DNA of 43,233 nucleotides from an uncultured Nitrososphaeraceae archaeon (GTDB lineage Archaea; Thermoproteota; Nitrososphaeria; Nitrososphaerales; Nitrososphaeraceae): NCBI GenBank assembly GCA_963765895.1, contig CAVXZB010000001.1, positions 1 to 43,233 of the forward strand, read 5' to 3'. Shown piece by piece: positions 43,023 to 43,233 of this stretch (position 1 is its first letter; each line of letters starts with the position of its first letter). The notes under the pieces were generated by a model. It saw only the letters and a program-made list of their open reading frames with translations, ran no database searches and was not told where the DNA came from. The position numbers and the translations under genes were made by a program.

Positions 43023-43202
43023 ATGAGTAACGTAAATACAGGCAGCAACGTAAATACAGGTAAAGGTGACCGAACAGACATGACCTTAAGCGCACAAGTT
43101 AAAAACAGACTGGACGGAACAGGTCGCATAAATCAGTTATATAGCGAACTGATTCAGCAGTTAGTAGATTGCTACGTCCAGCAGGGCAGGAGAGGCGGTT
43201 AG
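43023..43202 (+). CDS. Small ribbon-helix-helix-like DNA-binding protein (59 aa)
   Basis: RTDMTLSAQVKNRLDGTGRINQLYSELIQQLVD resembles the archaeal 'T.I.+S...K.RL...G....SY..+I..L+D' RHH family. Confidence 0.5.
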   Translation: MSNVNTGSNVNTGKGDRTDMTLSAQVKNRLDGTGRINQLYSELIQQLVDCYVQQGRRGG

Positions 43203-43233
43203 TAAGAAATGCCTACCAAATGTAACAACCCGC

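Overview
AT-rich archaeal accessory region. Gene content (PAC2 remnant, C2H2 and CxxC zinc-finger proteins, PsbP-like secreted proteins, a mobile-element-type MCM helicase) points to an ammonia-oxidising archaeon of the Nitrososphaeraceae type; this is inference. Many genes are split by 1-2 bp indels, often in homopolymers, so the sequence may be an imperfectly polished long-read consensus. 1-12.1 kb is ordinary or decaying host-type cargo: acyl-CoA transferase, CBS proteins, Lrp/AsnC regulator, response regulator, SnoaL-like protein and a TIM-barrel isomerase. 12.2-43 kb looks like a nested composite of related mobile elements, marked by a dispersed non-coding repeat family. Five copies share an invariant 21-bp core, and three sit next to 9-bp iteron-like arrays at the 3' ends of replication genes. 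The most striking structure is a 12,139-bp segment bounded by a perfect 75-bp direct repeat (15112-15186 and 27251-27325) that splits one repeat copy in two. It encodes no integrase and carries two predicted protease/effector pairs: a caspase-like (C14)-TPR protease beside a small Pepco/Trypco-like protein, and a TPR-CHAT protease beside a gasdermin-like protein. It also holds a stand-alone TPR gene and an IS5-family insertion. Further right are a clostripain-PsbP secreted protease cluster, a TIR-domain protein and the MCM replication module. All family calls come from motif recognition by eye, not database searches.
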